64,000 bases of DNA from Camelus dromedarius (lineage: Eukaryota). The DNA lies in contig NC_087438.1 of the NCBI RefSeq assembly GCF_036321535.1, positions 3,102,001 to 3,166,000 of the forward strand. Direction: 5' to 3'. Both the position numbers and the translations under genes were made by a program. Of this stretch, positions 51,440-64,000 are shown piece by piece. How positions within the stretch are numbered: position 1 is the stretch's first letter; each line of letters opens with the position of its first letter. The notes beneath the pieces were generated by a model that ran no database searches, was not told the origin of the DNA, and worked only from the letters and a program-made list of their open reading frames with translations.

Positions 51440-52300
51440 AATGTACCTCTTCACCAAGGAACCCCCTGCTGTCTGCTGAAATCCCTCCCCTGCACTCAGA
51501 CACCCCATCCCTGCCTGTTCCTCACTCCTTTTCTGTTTGATGTCTGGCCATCCCAGCTCCCCCTGCCCAGACCTCTTGTATGGCCCCTTCTTCAGTAGAT
51601 GGCAATGGTGACTCTGAGGCTGCGCAGAACAGAACTTGGGCATACCCTCCACTCCTCTTTTCCCTGTATCCCAAGGGATGTCATGTGGGCTCCACCACCC
51701 ACTCTCTGCGGAATCTGGCTCCCTCCCACCACCCTGAGTTCCCTCCCAGGGCTGAGCCCTGCCACCTGCATCTGGGTGTCTGCCAAGCTCTCCAGCTGGT
51801 CCACCTGCGTTTTTGCTTGACCCTCAGCTGCCAAGCACTCCATGTCACTCAGCACAATTTGGGGTCCTTAAAATGACCCTCAATGTGCTACCTAGACATC
51901 CCAAGAACAGCCTGCCCTTCTGACTTCTCTCCTCCTGAGCTCTCCTCCACAGTGGGCACCCCTACTGCCCTCACTGACCTCGACCTCCGCTCACACACTC
52001 CCACCCCAGGGAACTGCCATGCCCTTCTTTTCCTGGATCTCCCTACCCTGCCCCATCTGCATGGCTGATTCCTCTAGCTTCCTAAAGACTTTGATCAAAT
52101 GTCTCCCTCTCAAACACTCCCAACCCAACCACACGGTGGCCAGCTCTATTATGTTTCTTCCTATCACTTATCTATTTAGTCATCTGGCCTTTTGTTTACT
52201 TTCTGGCTCCTTATTCTGAAAGATGAAGACATTATTTTGTCTTAAAGAAATAGATATCTGTGCAATACATTCCCAATGCTGACCTCGGGCCTACACCAGC
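51440..52300 (+). mobile_element. L2 LINE fragment
   Basis: C/T-rich strand with cacctgcatctgggtgtctgccaagctctccagct and catggctgattcctctagcttcctaaagactttgatcaaatgtctccctc. Confidence 0.7.
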
Positions 52301-54249
52301 TTTTAGGTGAGACCACATGACTCCCCACACATTCACTGCAATCTTTCTGATTCGTGTAACTGAGGTCGTCGTCCTAGTGACCTGAGCCTCTGACTGAACC
52401 TGCCTTGCTCATGTGAGAAACATCTGATGAAACAACATTATATGGGCCCTTCGCTGATTCAGTACAGTGATTAATGTATCAGTCACCATTTTAATTTTAT
52501 TAACAAAGTATTTCAATAATATCCTTTTCAGACTAAATGAATAGAAACAATTTTTTAAATCTAATTCTACAGTGAGACTTTAATAGAGCATACCCTACCA
52601 GTACATTAATTTACACATCCTTTGTTTAAGCAAAGCGGTATCTAGACAGGCTTTCTCACCAAGCAATTATTAGATGCGGTAACTTAATTACTGAAGCCTC
52701 TTGGAAAGGAGTGGCGTTAATGTCCCCCGCTGCCCCATCAGTGATACGGCGTCGGGTGCGGTACACACAGATCGAATCACAACAGCAGCCTGGAAAGAAG
52801 TAGAAGGAGACAGCTATATATCTTCTGGGCTTCTTTTTAAATATCTATTTTTCATTTCAGAGTTTCTCATTCCCTTAGGTGCAGTATGAACTTAAAAGCA
52901 ACCTAGATTCTTCATAGGACTTTTAGAGTATATGATAGATCAATAATTTGTTGGTTTGTTTATGAAATATGCCAACTTACTAGGACAGAGTCATTTTTAA
53001 GAGGAAGCCAAGATCAATATATATGTGCATAGATTTATGGGTGTTTTTGTTACAATCAGAGTAAGTCTGTTTAAAGAATCCGAAACGGCAGCCTGGCTGT
53101 TTTCAGTGTGATCTATTGGCTCATGGGTGCCACTTCAATTCCAGAGACTAAAAATATCACATCTGAGACTTTTATTCTGATAAACTCTCCTTGAATGTAA
53201 TTAATTTTAACAGCCAGGGTTTAAAATTGCAGACAAATAGCAATCCAGCTGTAGCTTAATGGCATAATCACTAAAATCCACTCCCTTTCTTGGGAATGTC
53301 AAATATTTGTTCATACCAATGAATTTCAGAGTTACAGCCTTCTGAATTTTCACGCTGCATTTTTCCCTTTGGAGAATTAAAGAAAAGGAAACTGAGAATT
53401 ATGGCCTTAAATATGTGTTATGACTTAAATATCAAACCAAAAATGTGTTACTGCATGATCAGAAGGTACACCTTTTTCTCTATAGCTGGTTGAACGGTCC
53501 AAGCCATGCCACGGTGAGAAATCGGGTTGGAACAAAGAGGAAAGACAGAAATGGTTGTCTTCATTCTGTTTGCTAATTTCAGTGACACTTTTCATGATGT
53601 GGACCTGCTGAACTCAACCAGCTGTTCTCTCCAACTTCGTAGAGCTAGCCCAAACACATCGGTTGGCATTAGGTGGTCAGGTAAGCTGAAGGACCAGGAC
53701 AGGAGACATTGAGATGTGATAGCTGCATTTTCCATGACCTCCCACTGTCATGAAGGGAACATGGCAATGGCTTGGGGGTGCAGGTTAATACCTCTGAGCT
53801 ACAGGAAGGGGGTCATGTTGATGATCGCCAGATTATTAACTGTTCTTAAGCGTTTCCATCGTGGATTCTTAACCCTGAGCCTCACTTAGAAGGTAAATAG
53901 GCTTTCTCCTCTCACCAGCTCCCATGCCCAGCCCGTTGCCAGACCAACCCCACGGTGGCCAACAACAAGGCAAAGACCCCTGCATTCCACTTTCCAAATG
54001 TTAATCACGAATTAGAGAAAGACTGTTGGGTTTAACACCTAAAAACTATTATGACTGTTTAAACTGTAAACATATTTGGGGAATATTGAGTCATCTTAGC
54101 CAGAACAATGATAAATAAGCAATTAAATTATTTACTTTCTTTCTTTTTATTCCTACTGATTTGATAAAAGGCTGATTTTTGCCAATTAGATCAGCACCTT
54201 TGGCTGTCAGTGAACAGATTTGTTCCCTTTTTCAGATATGTGAGAAAAG

Positions 54250-55175
54250 GGTTCATTTGTCCGAGTGTCACCAGTAAGCTTTGCGGTAGCACCACATCCA
54301 GCTATTGGGGGCCTCCTGGTCCCCTCTTGGAAGGAAATCCAGCTTCTCTAAGTGGTGGTTTCCTTCGTGGCCAACCAGGGGTGACAGGAGCGCCTGCCTC
54401 ACAAGGACACAATGACATGAGTGAGTAGAAGCAGACCTGCTCTGTGAGGCATCTCGTCAGTGCTACGAACTCTTCCTTGAAAGAAATGCTCAGGCAGTGA
54501 AGCCATGTGACAGTGAGGAATGAGGCTCTTCTGGGAATAGTCTGTCCTTAGCTGGGCTTTGGCGGGGGATTGCCAAGGAGCAGGTCCCGGGGTGCAGCAT
54601 GGGGGCTGTGAGTCACCGGGGCCCTTGCGTGTTTGCAGCCCCCTCCCCGCTCCACCTCCTCCACTGCTCCTGTGTCCTCGGCAGACAGGACCCCAGGACC
54701 CAGGCGTGTCGCCATCCTGTTATTAGCTTACAGGAGTAGCTCAATACGGCCACCTCTCCTGTGCCCCCACTAGAAACACTGGGTTTTAAAATCATGCTGA
54801 ATTCAGATAAACTCATCCATTTCATTCATGCTTATTTACAATTCCACATGGATGACCAATGTGACACACATAGGAGTGTGTGTGCCGTAGATTGGTGCGA
54901 GTAAATTTAATACGTGAAAGCTCAGAGAAACAGTCAATAAGTTTCCTCGAAGTTCTTTATCAGCTGAGGCTTTGCTGGATTATACCTAAACCCTATTTAA
55001 GAAACCACTGCTTCTATCATGATTTCAGCAACGTTTTCTGGACTGGGGCTGGAGCAGGTTGAACAGAGCACCACATTATTTAGCTGGTGTATTGGAATAT
55101 GAGTGTCTGGAGGTGACAGTTCCAAAGGCTGCCCCATATCTCCCTGCTGACTGGTGACACTCGGACAAATGAACC
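54250..55175. repeat. Inverted repeat pair in unique DNA (arms 54250-54279 and 55146-55175)
   Basis: ggttcatttgtccgagtgtcaccagt (54250-54275) is the exact reverse complement of actggtgacactcggacaaatgaacc (55150-55175); the match extends to 29/30. Confidence 0.95.
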
Positions 55176-55959
55176 GCTCTCCATCATGTTCAGGCATTCC
55201 AAAGAGATGAGCTTGTCCGTCTCATTGTCCACATGAATACTATGCAGACGACGGAAGCCTTTACACGTGGGTACTTCTGGGAATGACTGACTGTGTTGTC
55301 TTCTAAGGGTTACTAGCATCATTATTTTTCAAAACTGAAATAGCAACTAACCCTGAAGCATGCCGTCCACATCAGTAGCCTTTCAATAACGCGGAAGAAA
55401 ACAGTTAAAATGCTCATATTTCAAATCTCCAAACCACTTGGCTCTTTTACAACAACAAACTATGTTTCTGCATATGGTGAAAAATATGTATATATATGTG
55501 TGTGTGTGTATGAAAGCAACAATAAAAATGTATTTTTAAAACTTTGCACGCAATCACTATTTTGAGACTATCTAACACACCAAGAAAGCAACCAGTCAGA
55601 ACATACTAGCTCCTGGAGGTGAGAGGGGAAGGCAAATAGAAGAGGAAATTCAAATACTACAGAAGAATTTGGAATAAAAGTGAAAGCTCCGTCCTCTTTG
55701 GAATATACACGAGAGCTCTATAATTTATGCTTCATAAAACTTCCTGTTTTACTAAAACAATAACAAAAGAAAACAGTTCATCATATATTCAGAATGAATC
55801 TCTGAGCTGGAGATCCTTCGTGAAGCACAGGATGAGGATGGATGCATGTGAACCTGAGAGAAGGCATTTCAAGATGGCGCACGGGATGTGGTGAGGGGAC
55901 CATGGCCTTGTGGTTAAGAGCTGACATGAAAGGAGATGAGACTTCTTTTTCTTCTTAAA

Positions 55960-57360
55960 ATAAATCTTCTATTTTAGAACACTTTCAGATTTACAGAAAA
56001 ATTGTGAAGATAGTTTAAAGAGTTCCCATACACTGCACACCCAGTTTCTCCAGATTAACATCTTACATAATCATGGTGCATGTGTTAAAATGAGTGAACT
56101 GATACTGGATGACTATTATTAGCTAAATTCTATGCTTCATTTAGATTCCCTTGGTTGTTGTGAATGTTCTTTCTCTGCTCCAGAATTCCATACAAAGTGC
56201 CCATCATGCTAGTTGTCATGCCTCCTTGAGCTCCTGTGTGTGCGGCCGTTTCTGAGACTCCTCTTGTTTTTGATGACATTGCAGTTCCGAGGAGCGCTGA
56301 GCTGGTGTTTTGTGGGGTCCTCTTTAGTTGATATGACTCTGGAGTTTCTCTCAGGGTCAGACTCGGGTTAGGTATTTGCAGGAAGAAGACCATGGAAGTG
56401 AAGGGCCGTTTTCATCATATCACACAGGGGTATTGTGGGTTGAATAGGGATCTCTGAGTTCTAATCCCTGGGAATTTTGGATGTGATTTTATGTAGATTT
56501 AGGCCCTCTGCAGGTGTAATTGCATTAAGGATCTTGAGATGAGGTCGCCTTGGACTTAGGGTGACCCTAAGCCCAGTGACTTGTGCCTTTATCAGAGAGA
56601 GGAGAGGAGGATTTGAGACATGGACACAAGGGGAAAGCCGTGTGACGATGGGGGCAGACATTGGAGCCACGTGCCTGGAGGAAGCTTCCTGCCCTGAATC
56701 CTTCAGAGGGAACTTGGCACCTTGGTTTCTGACTTCTAACCTTCGCAGTGCTGGGAGAAATTACTTCTGTTGTCTCATGTTCCCAGTCTGCAGTGATCTG
56801 TCACGGCAGCCCCGGGACTAATGCACACCCATACTGCTCACAGGACTTGTCACCACCAGTGTTAACCTTGATCTCCCGGCGAGGTGGTGCTGGCCAGGCT
56901 GTTGCACCGTCACCATGTTATACAGTAACTGAACTTCCTGAGCACAGCCACAGCCGGCACTTAAGGAGTGGGGAACTCTGCACCACCTCCTGCGGGCAGA
57001 AGAATCACGTATTTAGCATTCTGCACAGGAGATCTGTCTCTTCTCTCCGTGTACTTACTTCTTCAGTCATTTACTTATATCGGCACGGGCTCATGGATAC
57101 TGAGTTTATGCTTTACAATCCAGCGCCATCTTATCTATCGTGTTGGCGAATCATTCCAGGCTTGGCCGCGGGGGGTTGTGCCCGTTGGCTCTTGAGTGCC
57201 TTTGACTCAAGTCCGTCACTGCTGCTTTTTGTTGCTGTTTCCTGAACGCCTTCTTCATTTCTGGCGCCATGGGATGCCCCAGACTCGCCTTCTGTACTCA
57301 CGGCTCCTGTTCCAGAACTAGCCGTTTCTCCAAGGAGCCCTGCTCCTCTTAATGGAGAAT
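55960..57360 (-). mobile_element. L1MC-type 3' UTR, split by an MLT1 LTR
   Basis: ttttagaacactttcagatttacagaaaaattgtgaagatag...gagttcccatac...attaacatcttacat; continues after the LTR to agccgtttctccaaggagccctg. Confidence 0.88.
56431..56825 (+). mobile_element. MaLR solo LTR (MLT1B/C-like) nested in L1MC
   Basis: tgggttgaata...ctaatccctgg...tgcaggtgtaatt...ttaaggatcttgagatgagg...ttctgttgtct...gtcacggcagccccgggactaatgca. Confidence 0.88.
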
Positions 57361-58302
57361 GAGATCACACGTAGGAAGGATCTACCCACCTGTGGGCCCG
57401 TGAACCTCACCATTATTGTCACCTCATCAAGGCTACTTGATTTGACTTCAGGATGCCCGACCAGAGCCTTTGCCTGGCCACATTCTTTCCTTGGTGTGTC
57501 TGAGATAGAAAGTGCACAGATTTGGGTGAAGCACAGCAAGCAAGCATCATGCCACCCAGGTAATTTCTAATCTCTCTAAGTCTCATCTATATGAAGGGAA
57601 GTAGAGTGTTGGGTTTAAATAGTCAGGATTAAAACTTAAGGATTAAATGCTGTAAAATGTTTGTAAGAAGCATTCAATAACTGGCTATAACCGGTTGCAT
57701 GTTTATATAGATGAAGATGCAAATTGTGGGCGAGGTAGGCAAGTAAGCAGAAGACTGAAAGGCGGCATGGTGAGTATTTTAAACAGAAGGATGCATATGG
57801 TGCTGTCAGAGGAAATAAAAACATTTATATAATTAAGCACCTTCCATTTGCTGGGGATTAGTCTGGATGCTTTACCGGTGGTTCCCAGCACAGCACAGCA
57901 AAGCTGTCTCATTAATGGTAAAAGCTGGGGCACAAGGAGGGCCGTCCCTCACCCAGGGCCCGTCACTCCTTAAATGAGCAGCTGAAGTTGGAACCCGGGC
58001 ACTGGCTCCATGTTTTATCCTTCCTGCTGGTCCAGGAGGGCTGAATGTGGAATAGGGCTCTCTGAAGCACAAGGAAGTCTGTCTGTGTGTGGACAGAGGC
58101 GGTCATCAAGGGGTGAGGGAAGGCCCGTCAGGAGGACAGAGTTCCCTGCAAAGGCCAGTGCCCCACTTGGTCAGGGCGCTCGCTGTCCAGTGGGGTGGCT
58201 GCCTTTGAGGGCTCTTTGGGGAGGGATCTGCCTGGAGGAAACAAGCAGTGTCTAGTTATTAAACATTAACAAATCAATATGCATTTATCAAGACCCTTTC
58301 TT

Positions 58303-58755
58303 TGCCATTTGCAGCAACATGGATGGCCTGGAGATCATCATTGTAAGTGAAGTAAGTCAGACAGAGAAAGAAAAATACCATATGAGATCACTTACCTGTG
58401 GAATCAAAAAAAAAAAAAAAAAGACAAATGAACTTATTTACAAAACAGAAACAGACTCACAAACATAGAAAACAAACTATGGTTACCAAAGGGGAAAGGG
58501 TGGGGAAGGATAAATTAGGGGTTGGAGATTTACAGACACACATTCCTATATATAAAATAGGTAAACAACAACTTTCTACTGTAGAGCACAGGGAAACATA
58601 GTCAGTATCTGTAGTAACCTATAGTGAAAAAGGGTATGAAAATGAAAATATGTATGTGTATGGATGACTGAACTATAATGCTGTACACCAGAAACTGACA
58701 CAATGTTGTGAACTGACTATGTGTCAATTAAAAACAAAACAAAACAAAACAAAAC
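58303..58755 (+). mobile_element. Younger 5'-truncated L1 3' end with (CAAAA)n tail
   Basis: tgccatttgcagcaacatggatggcctggagatcatcattgtaagtgaagtaagtcagacagag...gctgtacaccagaaactgacacaatgttg, then aaaaacaaaacaaaac. Confidence 0.92.
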
Positions 58756-58899
58756 TCACCAGGTGCTGCAAGTCCTCGTTGTCCTGAAGACTCAGGGGAG
58801 CGGAAGGGAAAGTGCTAACAGGCGTGTAATTTACCACCTACTTGTTTTATTCTGAAAAACAAAAAGAGAGCACAAAAGACAAGCAATATGGACATCTGT

Positions 58900-59289
58900 T
58901 GCACCATGGTGGTGAGTGAGTGTCTTTGGAGGCCTTAAGTTGAAGATCAAGATGTGGGCGGGGCTGGTTCCTGCGGAGGCTGAGGGAGACTCTGCTCCGG
59001 GCCCCTCCCCAGCTCTGGTGCTTGCTGATGTCCTTGGCTCGTCAGGAGCGTCACCCGAAGCCCCGCCTTCATGTTCACGTGGCATCCTCCTTGTGGCTTC
59101 TCTGGCTCCTGTAAACATCCCCTGTTTACAAGGGCACCAGTCAGATTGGATCAGGGCTCACCCTCATGACCTTGTTCGTCTGAATTGCCTTTGTAAAGAC
59201 CCCTATCTCCAAAAAAGGCCACCTTCCAATGTACTGGGGGTTAGGACTTCAACACATGAATTCTGGGGGACACAATTCAACCCATAACA
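58900..59289 (-). mobile_element. MaLR solo LTR (MLT1B/C-like)
   Basis: aagatcaagatgtgggcggggctggttcct...caccagtcagattgga...tactgggggttaggacttcaaca...gacacaattcaacccataaca. Confidence 0.9.
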
Positions 59290-61269
59290 GTGAAAGATCA
59301 TATAGCAACTATGAATTAGATCAATAAAATAGTCCTTTTTAAATTTAAAACAAGTAAAAGTCATTTATACATTAAATCTTAGAGAAATCCAAATCTCAGA
59401 TAGTTATATTATTTTACAAGTTATTTCTCTTACAGGCGATTATAAAAATCATCTCAGTAAATTTGGGGGGGGGGATTCATCAAAGACTAACAGCACTTAA
59501 ATTCATCCTTGTCCCTTAGAGTGTGCCTACAGCGTTTTAGAGCTGTTCTGTATGGTCTTTTCACTTATGAGATAGTGAATATATTTTTGGTGTGACATTA
59601 TCTATGTATACAAGAAATAAAGTCATACTGAAAATGTATTTCCCTTTACTTGGAAGTTGAAGGAATAAGGTTTATTCTTATGTCAAAGTAATTTTTCACA
59701 GCTCTTCGCTGTAGAGTTCTGAGTCAAATCATGTTTATTTTGGATAACTTCATATCACCATTTTTATTTAACACATTCATGACGGCAAAAGGTCTGTTTT
59801 GTAGATCCAAAGAACAAAGGAATATTGTAAAAATAAACTTTTAAAAATGGATATATATTTCTTCCAAAGACAAACTATTCCAAATCCACCAATGGGTGTC
59901 ATTTGGAGCAACTGTTCACAAATTGTTCTGGGACATGTGCTGGTCCCAGAGGTCCCTCTAGGTGACCCTCAGGCTAATCTCATGTAGTATTGATGCTTAT
60001 AATATGAAAATGTCTATATTTTAGTCTCCAGAATGGATGGTTTATGAATAATGTATAATATTTAATAAAACCAGACATTGCCTCATTAATGTCTCATCAA
60101 AAGTAGAATGGATTGCTTCCTTAAATCTGGCATTTTTGGGTCATGTACTGGATAAGATTGGGTAGATAGATATATCTCCTTTTACCCTATTAAACACATT
60201 TATAATCCAGCAAATATGAGAATTAATTTCTGGAAGGTTTCAGTCACTAATCAGATTAAACTCAAAGCAAAAAATCTCAGGTGTTTATGAATTCCTTCTC
60301 CTTGCAGCGAGCATTTTTGTTTGCTTGTTACATAAAATGCTTATGAGGAAAATGAAGCCTAGGAATACAGCAGGATTTTTGCAAAGGGCACACCACAAAG
60401 TAGGAGGGCTGCGGAGCTGCTGCTCGTGTGCTTGTTAAATTGCACTGCTTGAGGTTCATCACCAGTATTCGGGGGCAGAGTGGGCATTTGGCATGAAAAT
60501 AACACCAGGAGAAATCCTCTGTTGCCCCCCAGGACGAAGGTGTCAATCTAGACTCAAATCTCAAATTACCTGAAAGGTGAATCACTCCCATTCATCACCC
60601 TGTATGTTATCCGATAAAGCCTTTGTATTCTCAACAACTACGAAAGCCATCAAGAACTCATAACCTCTCTAAGTGACAGTAGTAAATCATTAGTTTTGTC
60701 CAATCTTGGCATTGCATTCCTACAGAATTTAAATTGATCTTAAAATCTTGTCACTGACTTTTAAGAACCAGAATCGCTTAGTCTTGTCATAAGCTGGTGC
60801 ACGTAACTTTTTGACCTAAATACGTCTCACACTTCTCACATATGCCCTATATGCTTTTAATAATTTTCCACTCTCTTCCTCTTCCTGCATTTGTTATGGA
60901 CATGGTGGGGTCAGAGTGGGAAGGAAGCAGACTGGAGGGGGCTGATTGGATGGGGAAGTGACCGAATGGGAAGGGTGGAGGGGGCAGACTTGGCATGTAG
61001 AGGAGCAGAGGGGGTGCTTGTCCTTGATTTGTGGGCTGGTGCAGGAGGAGGCGGAGGAAACATCGCTTAAAAACATTCATCCTCAAAATGGGGACAACAT
61101 GTTGACTTAGTCAAAGTAACACTCTCAGTGAATTAGAGGAACTGAAGTCCAGACTTTCTGAAAAGTAAGCTTCCAGGGGCTGCCAGGAACCCCTGATGAT
61201 CTTACTTATCCAACCATTTACAGCCTCACCTGAGACAATTGTTAAATTCTGTTGAATCCTCCAGGAGAA

Positions 61270-61720
61270 CATTATGCACCCCCAAAATGGATCTTAAATA
61301 TGACCTTCAACTGCACTTCATTGTCTAACCCTGACTATCTCTGCAACTCCGTCCCTCACTGTTCCCAACTCACAACCCAAACGTTCCTGGGATCCCCGAG
61401 GCTTCCTGGCCCTCAGGTCCACCCCTGCCTTGCCCATGCTACCTTCTCTCTTCTCTGCACTGAGGCCAGAGCATCCTTCCTTAACCCTAGGATAAGGGCT
61501 CAGGCGTCACCCGCCACGTTTCTCCACGACAGTCTAGGTGAATTATCTCCCCTGTACTTACCACGCGTCCCCATAGTTGCCCTGAAGTTTGCACCATTAG
61601 CTGGGGGTTTCCTTGAGGTCAGAGGATGAACTATCATTTTTACCTGAATTTCTGTTACCTAGAATGGTGCACCATATATGGTAGATGCTTGGGAAAGACC
61701 AATGAATGACCCACTGAATT
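61270..61720 (+). mobile_element. L2 3' end
   Basis: ttccttgaggtcagagga...cctagaatggtgcacc...gtagatgcttgggaaagaccaatgaatga is the typical L2 terminus. Confidence 0.7.
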
Positions 61721-62307
61721 AAGGAAATTGCCCTGATAACAAAGAGGAGAAAGAAATGGGCTGGAGGTTGGGGTGGATAATGGTGATGAAGAGAGTGAGA
61801 AAAGTGGTAAATCTGACCCAATAGTCCTGGCAAGTGATAACTAACAAGAGGGTCATAGTATGGAGTAGAAAATACACTGGTCAATAAAAGATGTTAACAT
61901 TCTCATGAAAAATTCCTAACTAAGCCCTTTTATATATATTATAAAATCCCATTTTTCCCTAATACGTCTTTGGTTTTATAATGAAAATTGTGAAGAACTG
62001 TAGCATACCCACCTAGGAGACCTCGATCCCTTAATTAAGGACTGTCTACACCGCAGCTATTTTTGACTTTCTCTTAATTTGCTGATGCTCTTCTCTCCCA
62101 CTGTAATTTCCCTCTGGCTCCTTCTCTCTCACTGCATTCTCCACCAAATTCTATTTGTGAATCAATTTGTCCCTAAGAATAGAGCAGCTCTTGCAAAGCT
62201 GTTTTCAGTACACAAAGAGTGGAGAATACAAGCAAGTAAATCAAAGGTGATCCAATTAGTGACTCTTTTTTCCCTAGGATAGAGGTATTGAGTTTTCATT
62301 TACTGTG

Positions 62308-62331
62308 CAAAAAAAAAAAAAAAAAAAAAAA
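62308..62331. repeat. Poly(A) run
   Basis: About 24 consecutive A. Confidence 0.95.
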
Positions 62332-64000
62332 GAGAGAGCACCGAAATAAAAATTAAAAGTTCAGTTTCCATTTTAAGTAAAGAAAATTGCAGACGCATCT
62401 AGAAAGTTACTTTTTAATCAGGGAACCGTGAGGGGCTGGGAACCAGGTGTCTACTGAAGAAGATACTTATGGAAGGTCTAATACTGAGGATTCTGAAATG
62501 CTGTCTCTGTAACCAAATCCACTGATCCGAGCATAGGTGAACATCACTAAATCCGTGAAAACATCATTAATATTCTGGAGGTATGAAAATAAGACAGACT
62601 AGTTCAATCTGGCCCTGTGATCTACCCTCCTCCAAATAAATCCCCATTTATGGGGCTTCTGGTTATGAAGAGAGAGGAGATTTCTGAGTCCAGCACCATT
62701 GGCTGTGTATCCTTTAATAACAATGCAAAGATTTAGAGAGCTGAAGTGATGAAGCCTCTGTCTTCTCATTCCCATTGATCATAATGTTTCCCTGAGATGA
62801 TTCCAACCACCTCCTCTATTGAAAACCTACTTAGAAATCCATCACACTCCAATTCATCCTCCACAGTCAGCCTGTGCAGAGGAGACTCCGCTCTGGGTTG
62901 AAGATGTTCAATTTCATTTCTAAATTGGACTTAGACATTGGTGGATTAAATGATTAGAGGAAACATGCCAGTAAATCTCAAAAGACACAAAAAGACATTT
63001 GCTCATTGATTGAATCAAATCATCTATGAGTTGAAGCAGAACAAACTTTGAAACAAGGTTCTTCTAGTAACATGGTACGTGGAATGAATGAGTCAAGGTT
63101 TTGAAATAGCACACGGTCACTGTGCTGTGACTGGCACACTCAGATAAAACATGACTTTTCTCGGCTTGCCACCCAATATAAATTGATGCAGATAAGTGGG
63201 CACTTTCTTGCTTTAGTGCAGCTATTTGCATGATTTACATGAAAGGATTTGAGGTACCAGGTCTAAGAGAGAAGGAATTATTGATTTGTGATCTTCCCTG
63301 TGTCATGAGGATGGTTGATCCGTTGAAGTCTAGTGTGAGGAAGGCAAGTGTTCAATATTTCAAGTGGAGAATCCCAAGAAAAATTCAAAAACAATCACAT
63401 GGTGCCGGAGGATGCTTTTACAGAGCTACGAAAGAGTGCACCGTCTAGGATCACTGATCCTTCACTGCAATATCCAGATGGAAAAGTAGGATCACCCCCC
63501 ATTGCAGCTGACTTCATTTATATTTTTGTTACAGTCTAAAAAAACAAAAAACAAAAAATTCTGAGTAAAATTTTTTCATTGGTTGTAAATATAATGCAAA
63601 GCAAAGAAAAAATATTTATTAAACGCTACATCTTTATTGCAACACGCAGAGATTAAAGTTATAGAATAGTTGAAATTGAAGTCGCAACTTCGGCCATGGG
63701 TTTGGTATTACTTCCTATTCACACATCCCACAAGAAAAATGACCATTAGCTAAGGAAGATGTATGATAAATACTCACTTCCCTGTTTTCTGTGCATCATT
63801 CTTTTAAAATTTTTATTTTATGTTTCTGTATCCCAAGCATCTCCAGGGCTACAAGCAGTTGTGGAAATACTAAATGGCTACACACCGCGATGGTTGTCTG
63901 CTGGTGAAAGGAGATTAAATATGGGATATGAAGTTGATGTCCAGACAAGAGTTAAAGCAAATGACAAAAAGGAAGCCATTTAGGGATTTGAGAACAGCTG

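Noticed and set aside
54250..55175. Inverted repeat as TIRs of a MITE or DNA transposon
   Set aside because: No TSD in the flanks (gagaaaag / gctctcca), and the ends do not resemble hAT, Tc1/mariner or piggyBac termini I know.
63348..63539. Protein-like short ORF (…NNHMVPEDAFTELRKS…)
   Set aside because: Non-ATG start, no good splice acceptor and no recognisable family; BLASTX would settle it.

Overview
Mammalian, essentially non-coding genomic DNA, probably camelid (camel/alpaca/llama). That inference rests on two tRNA-Ala-derived SINEs with the camelid vic-1-type layout and on several weakly diverged L1 3' ends. I can support no protein-coding gene; the listed ORFs are chance frames, L1 remnants or repeat read-throughs. 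Much of the window is interspersed repeat: L1 of several ages, L2, MIR, MaLR/ERVL/ERV1 solo LTRs, and the hAT elements MER20 and Charlie1. The unique DNA holds a CpG island at ~12.2-13.3 kb and several repeat-free, TAAT-rich blocks that look like conserved developmental enhancers, suggesting a gene desert or a very large intron. The most unusual signal is a perfect 26-bp (29/30-bp) inverted repeat in unique DNA at 54250-54279 / 55146-55175. Its first arm covers the 3' part and splice donor of a candidate 38-nt exon. A 15-17-bp minisatellite carries 8 perfect ETS sites. Repeat subfamily names come from recalled consensus similarity, not from a database search, and boundaries are approximate. 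I cannot claim a new biological system from this sequence alone.
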